From NCBI GenBank assembly GCA_965657575.1, contig CBFHOK010000001.1:68559-132558 (forward strand): a stretch of 64,000 nt of DNA. The letters run 5' to 3'. The position numbers and the translations under genes were made by a program. The stretch comes from Microbacteriaceae bacterium (lineage in GTDB: Bacteria; Actinomycetota; Actinomycetes; Actinomycetales; Microbacteriaceae). A model generated the notes under the pieces. It saw nothing but the letters and a program-made list of their open reading frames with translations. It was not told the DNA's origin and searched no databases. Position 1 is the stretch's first letter. Each line of letters opens with the position of its first letter. Of the stretch, positions 9,070 through 18,575 are shown piece by piece.

Positions 9070-9927
9070 TTAGTTTGAGAGGTTGATTCTGGTGGCTTTT
9101 TGCAAAGAGATGCCTTCTCTATCAAAGGCAATTTTCAGTCTTGAGCGGAGTTCGCGAGTGACAGCCCACTGCTTTGATGGCTTTGTGGTTAGCGCTACTC
9201 GAATAACAAACTGCTCGCCGCTTACATAGTCCATACCCCAGATTTCAGGTTCACCAAGGATAGATGGGTCAAACTGCGGGTCTTTGGATAGTTCGAGTGA
9301 AACTTCGGTGATTAGCTTGTTGACCTTATCGATATCGTTTTCATAGCTGAAGGGTAGGTCTAATAGCGCTCTTGCCCAGTCCTGGGTGTAGTTTCCAACA
9401 CGGGTGATTTCACCGTTTCTAACAAACCACAGGGTTCCGTGGACATCTCTTAGTTCAGTAACCCTGAGTCCAACTTTTTCAACCTCACCGTTGGCCTCTC
9501 CAACATCTACCCAGTCACCAACACCGTATTGATCTTCGAAGACAATGAAGATTCCGCTGAGGATGTCCTTCACAAGTGATTGCGCACCAAAACCAATTGC
9601 TGCACCCAGAATTGATGTGACGGCAATTAGGGCACCAATGTTCACACCAAGTTCACCCAACACCATGACAACTGCCGTGATTGAGATTCCCCACAAAATG
9701 AAGTTGTCTAAAACACTTGCAATGGTCTTGGTTCTTTGCAGGATTCGCTGCTCTTCAACTACTTTGTCGGCAACCTCACGAGCGTGAGTGTTCACACCAC
9801 TAATAATCGCGTTAACAATTTTTCTGGAACTCAGTCGAAGAACAATCGCAAGCGTTATCGCACCGACAATGATGAAAACAATTCGAATTAGTGGTTCCCA
9901 ATCTTGAATGAATTGCTGGAAATCCAT
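9070..9927 (-). CDS. Mechanosensitive ion channel (MscS family)
   Basis: N-terminal TM helices followed by the MscS beta-domain pattern (DILSGIFIVFEDQYGVGDWVDVG...GEVEKVGLRVTELRD). Confidence 0.85.
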   Translation of the reverse strand: MDFQQFIQDWEPLIRIVFIIVGAITLAIVLRLSSRKIVNAIISGVNTHAREVADKVVEEQRILQRTKTIASVLDNFILWGISITAVVMVLGELGVNIGALIAVTSILGAAIGFGAQSLVKDILSGIFIVFEDQYGVGDWVDVGEANGEVEKVGLRVTELRDVHGTLWFVRNGEITRVGNYTQDWARALLDLPFSYENDIDKVNKLITEVSLELSKDPQFDPSILGEPEIWGMDYVSGEQFVIRVALTTKPSKQWAVTRELRSRLKIAFDREGISLQKATRINLSN

Positions 9928-12468
9928 TTATTTCTCCATTCGGTTTTGACAGGCAAGTGCTCGGTCTAAGTTTGCCAGATGCTCAACCAGAATTCTTCGA
10001 AGCGCGGCTTTGGATTGAATTTCCGGTTTTTCCAAAAGCTTTGCAGTCCTCTCACGGAGGTCTCGGTTTGCAATCTCGATTGGGTAGAGGTTCAGCAGCA
10101 AGTATTCGGCAATGCTGAAGCTCTTGGTATCCCAGATCTCAAGGGCGCTTTCTAGGTATTTATCGACATATGGATGGAGAACACTTGGGTCACTAACTCG
10201 AGTGAATCCGCGCGATGCACTTTCCAAAATGGCATTTGACATGGTGTCCTGATGCACCATCTCCTCCCACATCAAAGCTTTGTTCTTGGCAACCGGCAAG
10301 GCAGCTTTGGCCAAAGCGAAAGCCTTCTGACCGTTCGCGGTGTTGTCTTTAGACAGCTCACTCTCGAGCTCCTCTAGGGTTATTGCACCCAGGGTTGCCA
10401 GGGCGGCCATCAATTCCCAGCGCAAATCCTGGTCTATTGCAAGTCCGGCAATTGTTTTCTCTCCGCTCATAACATTTTTTAGCCATCCACCCTGCGCTGA
10501 GGTTGATAACAATGCCGCACCTTTCACCAGTTGAAACTGCAGGTCTGAACCTGATGAAACTTCTTCGCTCAGAGAAATGAATCTTTCAGCTGCTTCTGAG
10601 CTTGACTTTTCACGTTGGTTTTCGGGCAGATAAAGGGTGATTGAAGTCACCAGCTGTCTAATAAGTGTCAGCAGAGTTGTTGACTCAGTTTCGGCATAGA
10701 TGTTGTTCAGCACTAGCTCAATAAATTCAGTTATTGGAATCTCTGCATCTCTGGCGCTGTCCCAAACCGAGGTCCATATAACGCTTCTTGCTAGAGGGTC
10801 TTCGAAATTACTCAGGTTTCGAATTGCGAATTCTCTGGAATCCTTATCCAGCCTCACCTTCGCATAGGCCAGATCTTCATCATTTACCAGAATCAATCCA
10901 GGATGGTCGACCCCCGAAAGTTGATTGATGGTTGTTTTCGGTTCCATTACGTCAAGTTCGAAATACTTTGTCCGTGTCACTGTGTCGGTTCCTGAATAGA
11001 GACCGATTCCCAAACGGTGTGGTCTGAGGGTCGGATAGTCCTCAGTGGCTGTTTGGTTCAGCTCAAAGCTTTTGATGGCTCCGCTTTCATCCTTTTGAAT
11101 TTCGGCGGTAAGGGTGTTTACTCCGGCAGTTTCCAACCAAGCCTTAGACCACTCTGCAAGGTCCCTGCCGGAGGTTTTTTCTAACTCGACCAGCAGATCA
11201 CTCAATACAGTGTTTCCAAACTGATGCTTTTTGAAGTAGTTTGCGATTCCTTCAAAAAATTGGTCTTTTCCAACGTAGGCAACGAGTTGTTTCAAGACAC
11301 TTGCGCCCTTGGCATAGGTAATCCCGTCAAAGTTCACCTGGACATCCTCTAAATCGTTAATTTCAGCAACGATTGGATGAGTTGAGGGAAGTTGGTCTTG
11401 TCTGTAGGCCCAGTTTTTCTCGAGTGAGGAAAAAGTTGTCCAGCCTCCAGTCCACTCAGTTGCTTCAACGGTTGCCAGAGTGGAGGCATATTCCGCAAAA
11501 GACTCGTTGAGCCACAAGTCATTCCACCACTTCATGGTGACCAGGTCTCCAAACCACATATGTGCAAGCTCATGCAGGATTGTCACAACCCTGCGCTCGC
11601 GAGTTGCATCGGTGACTTTAGATCTAAAGACATAGCTTTCAACAAAGGTGACCGCTCCAGCGTTTTCCATAGCCCCTGCGTTGAACTCCGGAACAAACAA
11701 CTGATCGTATTTTTCAAATGGATACGGATAGTCAAAAAGTTTCTCGTAGAACTCAAAGCCCTGTTTGGTTTTCTCAAATATGTAATCGGCATCAAGGTAT
11801 TCAGCAAGAGATTTCCTGCAGAAAACCCCCAGTGGAATTTCTCTCCCGTCCGAGCTGATGAGGCTGCTTGTCTCAGACACGTAGGGGCCTGCAATGATGG
11901 CTGTTATATAGCTTGAGATTTTGGGTGTTGGTGAAAATACCCACTTGGAGAAACCGTGCCCGAGCTCCTCTGGTTCCGGAGTAGGGGAGTTGGAGGTTAC
12001 ACTCCAGTGATTCGGTGCCGAGATTGTGAATTGGAAAGTCGCCTTGAGGTCGGGCTGTTCGAATACCGCAAACACCCTGCGAGAATCGGGTACTTCGAAT
12101 TGGCTATACAAATAAGTTTCGCCATCAACGGGGTCAACGAATTTGTGTAGACCTTCGCCAGAGTTTGTGTATTCGAAGCTTCCTTCAATGACTAACTCGT
12201 TTTGCTGCTGCAGGTTGGGCAAGAAAATTCGGTGGTCTTCAAAATTGGAGGTAGGAAAGGTTTCGCCATTTAGTTCAATCAGGTGAATCTTGGCAGCCGA
12301 TGCGTCTATAAAGCTCTCAGAGCCTTCCTTGGCGGAAAACCTCACCTTGGTCTTACTTAGAAACGTGTCTGAATCCGAATCGAGTTTCAGTTCGATTTCA
12401 TATGATTCGACTGAAATCAATTCGGCCCGTAGTTGAGCCTCCTGACGAGTTAAATTCTGTCCTGGCAA
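9928..12468 (-). CDS. pepN: Aminopeptidase N (M1 family)
   Basis: GAMEN motif (NAGAMENAG) and HELAHMWFGD...NESFAEY zinc site; 846 aa. Confidence 0.93.
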   Translation of the reverse strand: MPGQNLTRQEAQLRAELISVESYEIELKLDSDSDTFLSKTKVRFSAKEGSESFIDASAAKIHLIELNGETFPTSNFEDHRIFLPNLQQQNELVIEGSFEYTNSGEGLHKFVDPVDGETYLYSQFEVPDSRRVFAVFEQPDLKATFQFTISAPNHWSVTSNSPTPEPEELGHGFSKWVFSPTPKISSYITAIIAGPYVSETSSLISSDGREIPLGVFCRKSLAEYLDADYIFEKTKQGFEFYEKLFDYPYPFEKYDQLFVPEFNAGAMENAGAVTFVESYVFRSKVTDATRERRVVTILHELAHMWFGDLVTMKWWNDLWLNESFAEYASTLATVEATEWTGGWTTFSSLEKNWAYRQDQLPSTHPIVAEINDLEDVQVNFDGITYAKGASVLKQLVAYVGKDQFFEGIANYFKKHQFGNTVLSDLLVELEKTSGRDLAEWSKAWLETAGVNTLTAEIQKDESGAIKSFELNQTATEDYPTLRPHRLGIGLYSGTDTVTRTKYFELDVMEPKTTINQLSGVDHPGLILVNDEDLAYAKVRLDKDSREFAIRNLSNFEDPLARSVIWTSVWDSARDAEIPITEFIELVLNNIYAETESTTLLTLIRQLVTSITLYLPENQREKSSSEAAERFISLSEEVSSGSDLQFQLVKGAALLSTSAQGGWLKNVMSGEKTIAGLAIDQDLRWELMAALATLGAITLEELESELSKDNTANGQKAFALAKAALPVAKNKALMWEEMVHQDTMSNAILESASRGFTRVSDPSVLHPYVDKYLESALEIWDTKSFSIAEYLLLNLYPIEIANRDLRERTAKLLEKPEIQSKAALRRILVEHLANLDRALACQNRMEK

Positions 12469-12544
12469 TGTCTTCCTTCCATCACCTTTAGCCTAATTTC
12501 CCATTCCTTGGCAATAGAAAGTTTCGCTACTGGGATAATGAAGT

Positions 12545-13720
12545 ATGTTTCCCTTAGCCGCTGCCGAAGCAGGAAGTGATACGCCTGCCATATTGGCCGA
12601 AATCGGAGCGATGCTGCTGGCTTTAGGGGTAATCGCTTTTTTGGCCGCCAGATTCAAGTTCTCAGTGGTCCCTGTTTATCTGATAGTGGGCCTAAGTTTG
12701 GGCGAGGGTGGACTGTTGCCTGTTTCGCTGAGCGAAGATTTTTTGAACACCGGTGCTCAAATTGGGGCAATCCTGTTGCTGTTATTGCTTGGCCTCGAAT
12801 ACTCCTCCTACGACCTAGCGAAAGCCTTCAAAGAGCGAAAAAGCGCCGGTCTTATTGACTTGGTCGTGAATGGCGCACCTGGACTGATTATTGGGTTATT
12901 ACTGGGCTGGGGTTGGATTGGAGCGATTGCACTTGCTGGTATTACATACGTAAGTTCCAGTGGTATTGCCGCTCAGTTGATCAAGGAAATGGGCTGGATG
13001 CGCTCTGAGGTTGCCAAAAGAGCCATCGGTGTCCTGGTTTTTGAAGACTTGGCCCTTGCTCCCTATCTACCGCTATTGACGTCGTTGGTGTTGGGAGTGA
13101 GTGCAGTTAGCGGACTGATTTCTGTTGGTGTGGCGCTGGCAATTACCGGGTTGGTAATCCTTTTGAGCTTCAAGGGTGGAAACAAAATCATGAAGATTTT
13201 GGACCCCACCGAGCCTGGTGCTCTGCTGTTGACGGTGTTTGGAGCTGCGTTATTAGCCGCAGGCTTAGCTGATCTGATTGGCTTTAGTGGAGTGGTTGCA
13301 GCGTTTTTGATTGGGTTGTTACTTACCGGTGAGGTTGCTCAAACAGCCAGAGCGCGTCTATCCCCAATTCGAGACATTTTCGCTGCCATTTTCTTTGTGT
13401 TTTTCGGTTTGGCCACAGACCCAAGAGACGTGCCGGCTGTTTTGCCTATTGCGGTGGTGCTATTGGTAATCGGCATAGTCGGAAAGATGTTCACCGGTTG
13501 GTGGGTTACCCGAGACCTAAGTGACCGGATGAGCTGGCGAAGGGCCGGAGCATTCTTGACTGCGCGTGGAGAGTTTTCAATGGTGATTGCTGCTTTGGCG
13601 GCACCAGTGGTTACGGCTGTGAATCTGCAGGCGCTGACTCTCACCTACGTAATTCTCACCAGCATCGCAGCCAGTGTTTTGTTGTGGGTGACAAGGTCGA
13701 AGCTTGAGAGGAAGCCCTAA
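12545..13720 (+). CDS. Cation:proton antiporter (CPA2/Kef-like membrane domain, no KTN domain)
   Basis: 391 aa, polytopic, with Na+/H+ exchanger-like repeats. Confidence 0.75.
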   Translation: MFPLAAAEAGSDTPAILAEIGAMLLALGVIAFLAARFKFSVVPVYLIVGLSLGEGGLLPVSLSEDFLNTGAQIGAILLLLLLGLEYSSYDLAKAFKERKSAGLIDLVVNGAPGLIIGLLLGWGWIGAIALAGITYVSSSGIAAQLIKEMGWMRSEVAKRAIGVLVFEDLALAPYLPLLTSLVLGVSAVSGLISVGVALAITGLVILLSFKGGNKIMKILDPTEPGALLLTVFGAALLAAGLADLIGFSGVVAAFLIGLLLTGEVAQTARARLSPIRDIFAAIFFVFFGLATDPRDVPAVLPIAVVLLVIGIVGKMFTGWWVTRDLSDRMSWRRAGAFLTARGEFSMVIAALAAPVVTAVNLQALTLTYVILTSIAASVLLWVTRSKLERKP

Positions 13721-14409
13721 TGCTTCGAAGATTTATTGCTTTGGTCCCCGTCCTCGCCGCATTGATTTTTGTTTTGAGTGCAATCGCGCTTAGGGACAGA
13801 TTGCCTGATCCACTGGCGATTCATTTTGGTATCAGCGGAACGGCTGATGGGTTTATGGGCTTTTGGCCTGCGGTTTTACTAAACGCATCCCTGATTCTGA
13901 TTCCTGCGATGATTGCCCTACTGTTTGGCAGAGGCCTTCGAGACAAGGGGCTAACCGGCATTTTTCTATGGCTACCGATTGGTTTTACGGCACTGTTTTT
14001 TATGATCAGCGCTTACCTCTTGATTATTCAGCTTGATTTGCAAGCTGGTGAAGTGGCATCGCTGAATGCAAACTTTTTCCTGTTGTTGTTTTTGCCCCTG
14101 ATTGTTCTGCTGCCCCTGCTTTTGACAAAACCCAAGATCGACATCGGTGAAGATGAACTCACTATTTCCTCACTGGGAATACCTCTGGCGAGAGTTCCTT
14201 TTATAGATATTGAGCGAGTTGGAGAAGAGAAACTCAAGGCTTCTGAGTTTGGCGGTTGGGGTCTGAGAATGAATCTAGCCGGAGATGTTGCTTTTTTGCC
14301 ATCCTCGGGTCCTGCGCTGGCGGTAACTAGGCGTCACGGAAACAAAATACTGATAAGAAGCGATGAGGCTGAAAAATTGAAGTCACAGATTGAAAGGAAA
14401 CTATCTTGA
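13720..14409 (+). CDS. Membrane protein with a DUF1648-like N-terminus and a soluble C-terminal domain
   Basis: RLPDPLAIHFGISGTADGF resembles the DUF1648 signature. It has four TM segments. The start overlaps the upstream stop (TAATG). Confidence 0.55.
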   Translation: MLRRFIALVPVLAALIFVLSAIALRDRLPDPLAIHFGISGTADGFMGFWPAVLLNASLILIPAMIALLFGRGLRDKGLTGIFLWLPIGFTALFFMISAYLLIIQLDLQAGEVASLNANFFLLLFLPLIVLLPLLLTKPKIDIGEDELTISSLGIPLARVPFIDIERVGEEKLKASEFGGWGLRMNLAGDVAFLPSSGPALAVTRRHGNKILIRSDEAEKLKSQIERKLS

Positions 14410-14879
14410 AACTTCACATTGCAACAGACCACGCTGGCATGGAGCTGAGCCAGTTTCTGATTTCAGAACTACGAAACTTAGGTCACGAGGTCAATGACCA
14501 CGGACCAAGTGATTATGACCCGCTGGATGACTACCCAGGTTTCTGCATTGCTGCGGCGATTGCTGTTGCTAATGACTGGGAATCGGGGGAGCAATCCTTG
14601 GGAATCGTTTTAGGTGGCAGCGGCAATGGTGAGCAGATGGCGGCCAATAAGGTCAAAGGCATCCGTGCGGCTTTGATTTGGAATGAATCAACGGCCAAGC
14701 TAGCTCGAGAGCACAACGATGCCAATGTTTGCGCTGTTGGTGCCAGACAACACAGCCAAGAGGAAGTTCTAGAGCTTATAAAACATTTCATCTCAGAACC
14801 GTTTAGTAATGATGAACGACATGTTCGAAGAATTGGCAAAATTGCGACTTACGAAAACACCGGCGAGGTGCTCTACTAA
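14406..14879 (+). CDS. rpiB: Ribose-5-phosphate isomerase B
   Basis: MKLHIATDHAG..., GIVLGGSGNGEQMAANK; TTG start overlapping the upstream stop. Confidence 0.9.
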   Translation: MKLHIATDHAGMELSQFLISELRNLGHEVNDHGPSDYDPLDDYPGFCIAAAIAVANDWESGEQSLGIVLGGSGNGEQMAANKVKGIRAALIWNESTAKLAREHNDANVCAVGARQHSQEEVLELIKHFISEPFSNDERHVRRIGKIATYENTGEVLY

Positions 14880-15677
14880 GTGCCCGAGGGTCATTCTGTT
14901 CATCGCCATGCAAAAAAGCTAAATGAGTTATTTGCTGGAAAATCTCTAAACGTCAGCTCCCCGCAGGGAAGATTTGCTGAGGGTGCAAAGCTGCTTGAGG
15001 GCCATAGCTTGGTGAAAGCCAAAGCCCATGGCAAACAGTTATTCGCGGAGTTTGATAATCGCCTGACACTCAGGGTTCACTTAGGGATTTATGGCAAATG
15101 GGGTTTTCGGACATTCGATGAAAACCCTCCAGAAGCAGTCGGTCAAGTTCGACTGCGGTTGATTTCAGAAAATAATATGGCAGATTTGCGGGGACCGACG
15201 GCTTGTGAGGTTTTGAACCCATCAGAGGTGAAGGCTATAACGAAAAGACTCGGCCCAGATCCTTTGCAGCTTGACCCCAAAGGCTATAAACAGCAGGAGT
15301 TTATTGACCGAGTGCAGAAATCAAAGGTGAGCATCGGTCAACTTTTGATGAATCAGGAGATAATCGCTGGCATTGGCAATGTTTATAGAGCGGAGTTGTT
15401 GTTCCGCGCCAAACAATCGCCTTTCACTCCAGGAGAGCAAGTGAGGCTAGAAGTTTTAGAAACAATCTGGTCTGATGCGCAGAGGCTTATGAAAATTGGT
15501 GTCAAAAAAGGCATCATGCTCACCAGGGAAGACAAACTAAGAGGTCGACCGAAGGTCAGTGACCGTTATTACGTTTATAAAAGACAGGGTCTTAGCTGCA
15601 GGGAGTGCGGCGGAATGGTTTCAATTTCATTGATGCAGGCCAGAAAGCTTTATTGGTGCGAGGCCTGTCAGGGCTGA
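14880..15677 (+). CDS. nei: Fpg/Nei family DNA glycosylase (endonuclease VIII-like)
   Basis: N-terminal (M)PEGH catalytic Pro-Glu, an H2TH region (GIGNVYRAELLFRA), and a C-terminal zinc finger (CRECGG...CEAC). Confidence 0.85.
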   Translation: MPEGHSVHRHAKKLNELFAGKSLNVSSPQGRFAEGAKLLEGHSLVKAKAHGKQLFAEFDNRLTLRVHLGIYGKWGFRTFDENPPEAVGQVRLRLISENNMADLRGPTACEVLNPSEVKAITKRLGPDPLQLDPKGYKQQEFIDRVQKSKVSIGQLLMNQEIIAGIGNVYRAELLFRAKQSPFTPGEQVRLEVLETIWSDAQRLMKIGVKKGIMLTREDKLRGRPKVSDRYYVYKRQGLSCRECGGMVSISLMQARKLYWCEACQG

Positions 15678-15679
15678 AT

Positions 15680-15753
15680 TGGAGCGGATGACGGGAATCG
15701 AACCCGCACAATCAGTTTGGAAGACTGAGACTCTACCATTGAGCTACATCCGC
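15680..15753 (-). tRNA. tRNA-Gly (anticodon UCC), CCA encoded
   Basis: The reverse strand reads GCGGATGTAGCTCAATGGTAGAGTCTCAGTCTTCCAAACTGATTGTGCGGGTTCGATTCCCGTCATCCGCTCCA. The cloverleaf was folded by hand; the anticodon loop is CTTCCAA. Confidence 0.9.
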
Positions 15754-15821
15754 ATGACAGAACTCCATAATAGTACGCTAGACTTCTGAAGGTTGAAATC
15801 AAGTAAGATTTCTTCTGGATC

Positions 15822-15894
15822 CGGGGTGTAGCGTAGTGGCTAGCGCACCTGCTTTGGGAGCAGGGGATCGCAGGTTCGAGTCCTGTCACCCCGA
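15822..15894 (+). tRNA. tRNA-Pro (anticodon UGG), CCA not encoded
   Basis: CGGGGTGTAGCGTAGTGGCTAGCGCACCTGCTTTGGGAGCAGGGGATCGCAGGTTCGAGTCCTGTCACCCCGA. The anticodon loop is TTTGGGA and the T-loop is TTCGAGT. Confidence 0.9.
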
Positions 15895-15922
15895 CTGAAA
15901 ATAAAACCCAATCAGGAGAATC

Positions 15923-17203
15923 TTGAAAACTACCGTTGACCGAATTAAGCCCACTCGCGCAAAAATCACCTTTGAAGTGACTCCCGAGGAATTCAAGCCA
16001 GCACTGGATAAGGCCTATGAGGAGATTGCTTCTCAGGTCAACATTCCTGGGTTTAGAAAAGGCAAGGTTCCTGCACCGATTTTGGATCAGCGAGTCGGCC
16101 GCGGAGCAATCATCGGTCAAGCAATCAACGACAGCTTGGACGACTACTACCGTCAGGCATTGGAAGAGACAGGACTCTCTCCGCTAGGCCAGCCATCTGC
16201 TGATGTCAAAAAGTCTCCAGATGAGACAACCCTTGAGGGAAACCTAGAGGTCGAGGTAGAGGTAGAAGTTCGTCCAGAAATTACCCTGAAGGACTATAAG
16301 GGTCTTGAGCTAGAGGTTGACGAGGCTAAGGTTTCTAAAAAGGACGTTGACGCTGAACTAGAGGCCTTGCAGGCTCGTTTCGGATCGCTTGTCACCGTTG
16401 AGCGTCCGGCCAAAACCGGTGACTTCACCTCAATCGACTTGAAGGCCAGCATTGATGGAGAGCTAATCGATGAAGCTGAGGGAATTAGCTATGAAATCGG
16501 ATCGGGAAATCTTCTTGATGGAATCGACGAGGCACTCCTGACTCTCACAGCTGGGGAGTCAACCACTTTCAAGTCAACCCTTGTTGGTGGAGAGCACGCT
16601 GGCAAAGAGGCAGAGGTGAACGTAACCCTGCAGAGCGTGAAAGAGCGCGAGCTTCCAAAGGCTGATGATGACTTTGCGCAGCTAGCAAGTGAATTTGACA
16701 CCCTCGAGGAACTTCGCAAGGACCTGGAGGCGAAGGCCTTGGAGGGAATGGCTCAGAAGCAAAGGGTTCAGGCTAGAGAAAAAGCACTTGAAAAACTAAT
16801 TGCCTCAGTTGATGTTCCCGTTAGTGAAGAGGTTATTGAGCGCGAGGTTCACAACCACCTTGAAGGTGAGGGAAGGCTTGAGGATGATAAGCACCGAGCC
16901 GAGGTCACCGAGGAGAGTGAAAAGTCTTTCAAGTCACAGATGATTCTGGATGAGGTTGCAAAGGCTGAGGAGATTCGCCCAGAGGATCAGGAGCTAATCA
17001 ACTATTTGGTTGAAAGTGCTGGTCAGTATGGGATGCAGCCAAATGACTTTATTCAAACCATCAGTCAGAACGGTCAGATTGGTATGTTCGCCTCTGAGCT
17101 TTCCAGGCGAAAGGCGCTTGATTTCTTGGTAGACAATGCAAAAGTTGTTGACACCAAAGGAAAAGCTGTGAAGTTTGCTAAGCCTGAAGAGGCAGAGAGC
17201 TAA
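15923..17203 (+). CDS. tig: Trigger factor
   Basis: MKTTVDRIKPTRAKITFEV..., with PGFRKGKVP (the GFRxGxxP ribosome-binding motif). TTG start behind AGGAG. Confidence 0.93.
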   Translation: MKTTVDRIKPTRAKITFEVTPEEFKPALDKAYEEIASQVNIPGFRKGKVPAPILDQRVGRGAIIGQAINDSLDDYYRQALEETGLSPLGQPSADVKKSPDETTLEGNLEVEVEVEVRPEITLKDYKGLELEVDEAKVSKKDVDAELEALQARFGSLVTVERPAKTGDFTSIDLKASIDGELIDEAEGISYEIGSGNLLDGIDEALLTLTAGESTTFKSTLVGGEHAGKEAEVNVTLQSVKERELPKADDDFAQLASEFDTLEELRKDLEAKALEGMAQKQRVQAREKALEKLIASVDVPVSEEVIEREVHNHLEGEGRLEDDKHRAEVTEESEKSFKSQMILDEVAKAEEIRPEDQELINYLVESAGQYGMQPNDFIQTISQNGQIGMFASELSRRKALDFLVDNAKVVDTKGKAVKFAKPEEAES

Positions 17204-17204
17204 A

Positions 17205-17218
17205 CGCCACAAGCGAAC
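17205..17218. promoter_or_regulatory. ClgR-like operator upstream of clpP1P2
   Basis: CGCCACAAGCGAAC reads GTTCGC-N5-GCG on the opposite strand. This matches the published Streptomyces/Corynebacterium ClgR motif as I recall it. It lies 64 nt upstream of the clpP1 ATG. No clgR gene is in the window. Confidence 0.4.
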
Positions 17219-17281
17219 AGGGGAGAATTCTTTCTCAATAGTTGGTTAGCTAAAGATAGTTATTTCCAGCGAGGAGAATTA

Positions 17282-17866
17282 ATGACCACCCAAATGACTC
17301 CACCGCAGTCAGTTTTTGACCGCTTGCTCAAAGACCGCATTATTTGGCTTGGCAGCGACGTGCGTGACGATAACGCAAACGAAATCGCTGCAAAAATGCT
17401 TTTGCTAGCAGCCGAAGACAGTGAACGCGATATTTACCTGTACATAAACTCGCCAGGCGGTTCGATCACTGCCGGCATGGCTATCTACGACACCATGCAG
17501 TACGTTCCGAATGACATCGTGACAGTGGGTATTGGTATGGCAGCCTCAATGGGACAATTCTTGCTCTCCAGTGGAACCAAGGGAAAACGTTACGCGACCC
17601 CGAACACCAGAATTTTGCTACACCAACCACTCGGTGGATTTGGTGGAACCGCCAGTGATATTCAAACCCAGGCGGAGTTGATTAACTCAATGAAGCGTCA
17701 ACTGGCCACAATCACCGCTGAGCAGACCGGTAAGACCGTTGAGCAGATTATGGCTGATGGTGACCGCGACCGCTGGTTTACAGCCGAAGAAGCCTTGGAG
17801 TATGGCTTTATCGATCACATTCAGACTTTTGCAACACCTATAACTGGAGTCGGAGGAGAAAAATGA
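17282..17866 (+). CDS. clpP1: ATP-dependent Clp protease proteolytic subunit 1
   Basis: RIIWLGSDV..., [11 protein letters not shown], catalytic Ser context GMAASMG. Confidence 0.93.
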   Translation: MTTQMTPPQSVFDRLLKDRIIWLGSDVRDDNANEIAAKMLLLAAEDSERDIYLYINSPGGSITAGMAIYDTMQYVPNDIVTVGIGMAASMGQFLLSSGTKGKRYATPNTRILLHQPLGGFGGTASDIQTQAELINSMKRQLATITAEQTGKTVEQIMADGDRDRWFTAEEALEYGFIDHIQTFATPITGVGGEK

Positions 17867-18519
17867 GCTACGTAGAAAATTCATTGGGCGAGAAGGTGGC
17901 CCTTCCTCAGTCTCGCTACATCCTTCCAGAGTTTGAAGAGCGAACAAGCTACGGCTTCAAGCGTCACAACCCTTACACCAAGCTTTTTGAAGACCGCATC
18001 GTGTTCCTAGGGGTGCAGGTGGATGACGCTAGTGCGGATGATGTTATGGCACAGTTGCTGGTTTTGGAATCACAAGACCCAGACAGAGACATCACAATGT
18101 ATATCAACTCTCCGGGCGGATCTTTTACTGCGCTGACAGCGATTTATGACACCATGCAATACATCAAGCCAAACATCCAGACTGTGTGTTTGGGACAGGC
18201 TGCCAGTGCTGCTGCTGTGCTTCTGGCTGCGGGAGCACCAGGCAAGAGACTTGCCCTACCAAATGCCAGAGTTTTGATTCACCAGCCAGCAAGTGGCGGT
18301 GGCGGACAGGGTCAGGCCAGCGATATTGAAATTCAAGCCAAAGAAATCATGCGTATGCGCGAGTGGCTGGAAAAGACTCTTAGTGATCACACAGGCAGAA
18401 GCATTGAGCAGGTGAATAAGGATATTGACAGGGATAAGATCCTCACCGCTGAAGAAGCTTTGGAATACGGAATCATCGATCAGGTGCTATCCAGCAGGAA
18501 ACCTGTTTTAGGGCGCTAA
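17863..18519 (+). CDS. clpP2: ATP-dependent Clp protease proteolytic subunit 2
   Basis: Second ClpP paralog ([18 protein letters not shown]). It overlaps clpP1 by 4 nt, the usual actinobacterial clpP1P2 arrangement. Confidence 0.93.
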   Translation: MSYVENSLGEKVALPQSRYILPEFEERTSYGFKRHNPYTKLFEDRIVFLGVQVDDASADDVMAQLLVLESQDPDRDITMYINSPGGSFTALTAIYDTMQYIKPNIQTVCLGQAASAAAVLLAAGAPGKRLALPNARVLIHQPASGGGGQGQASDIEIQAKEIMRMREWLEKTLSDHTGRSIEQVNKDIDRDKILTAEEALEYGIIDQVLSSRKPVLGR

Positions 18520-18575
18520 TTCAAAACTCCGAACGCTAGAGCAATAACGTCGGTGATGGCGGATAGTGTTTAACC

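Noticed and set aside
15668-16120. 150-aa minus-strand ORF spanning the tRNA region
   Set aside because: It runs through tRNA-Gly, tRNA-Pro and the start of tig, so it cannot be a real gene.
16243-16266. Short tandem GAGGT(C/A) repeat
   Set aside because: It lies inside tig and simply encodes the EVEVEVEV acidic stretch of trigger factor.
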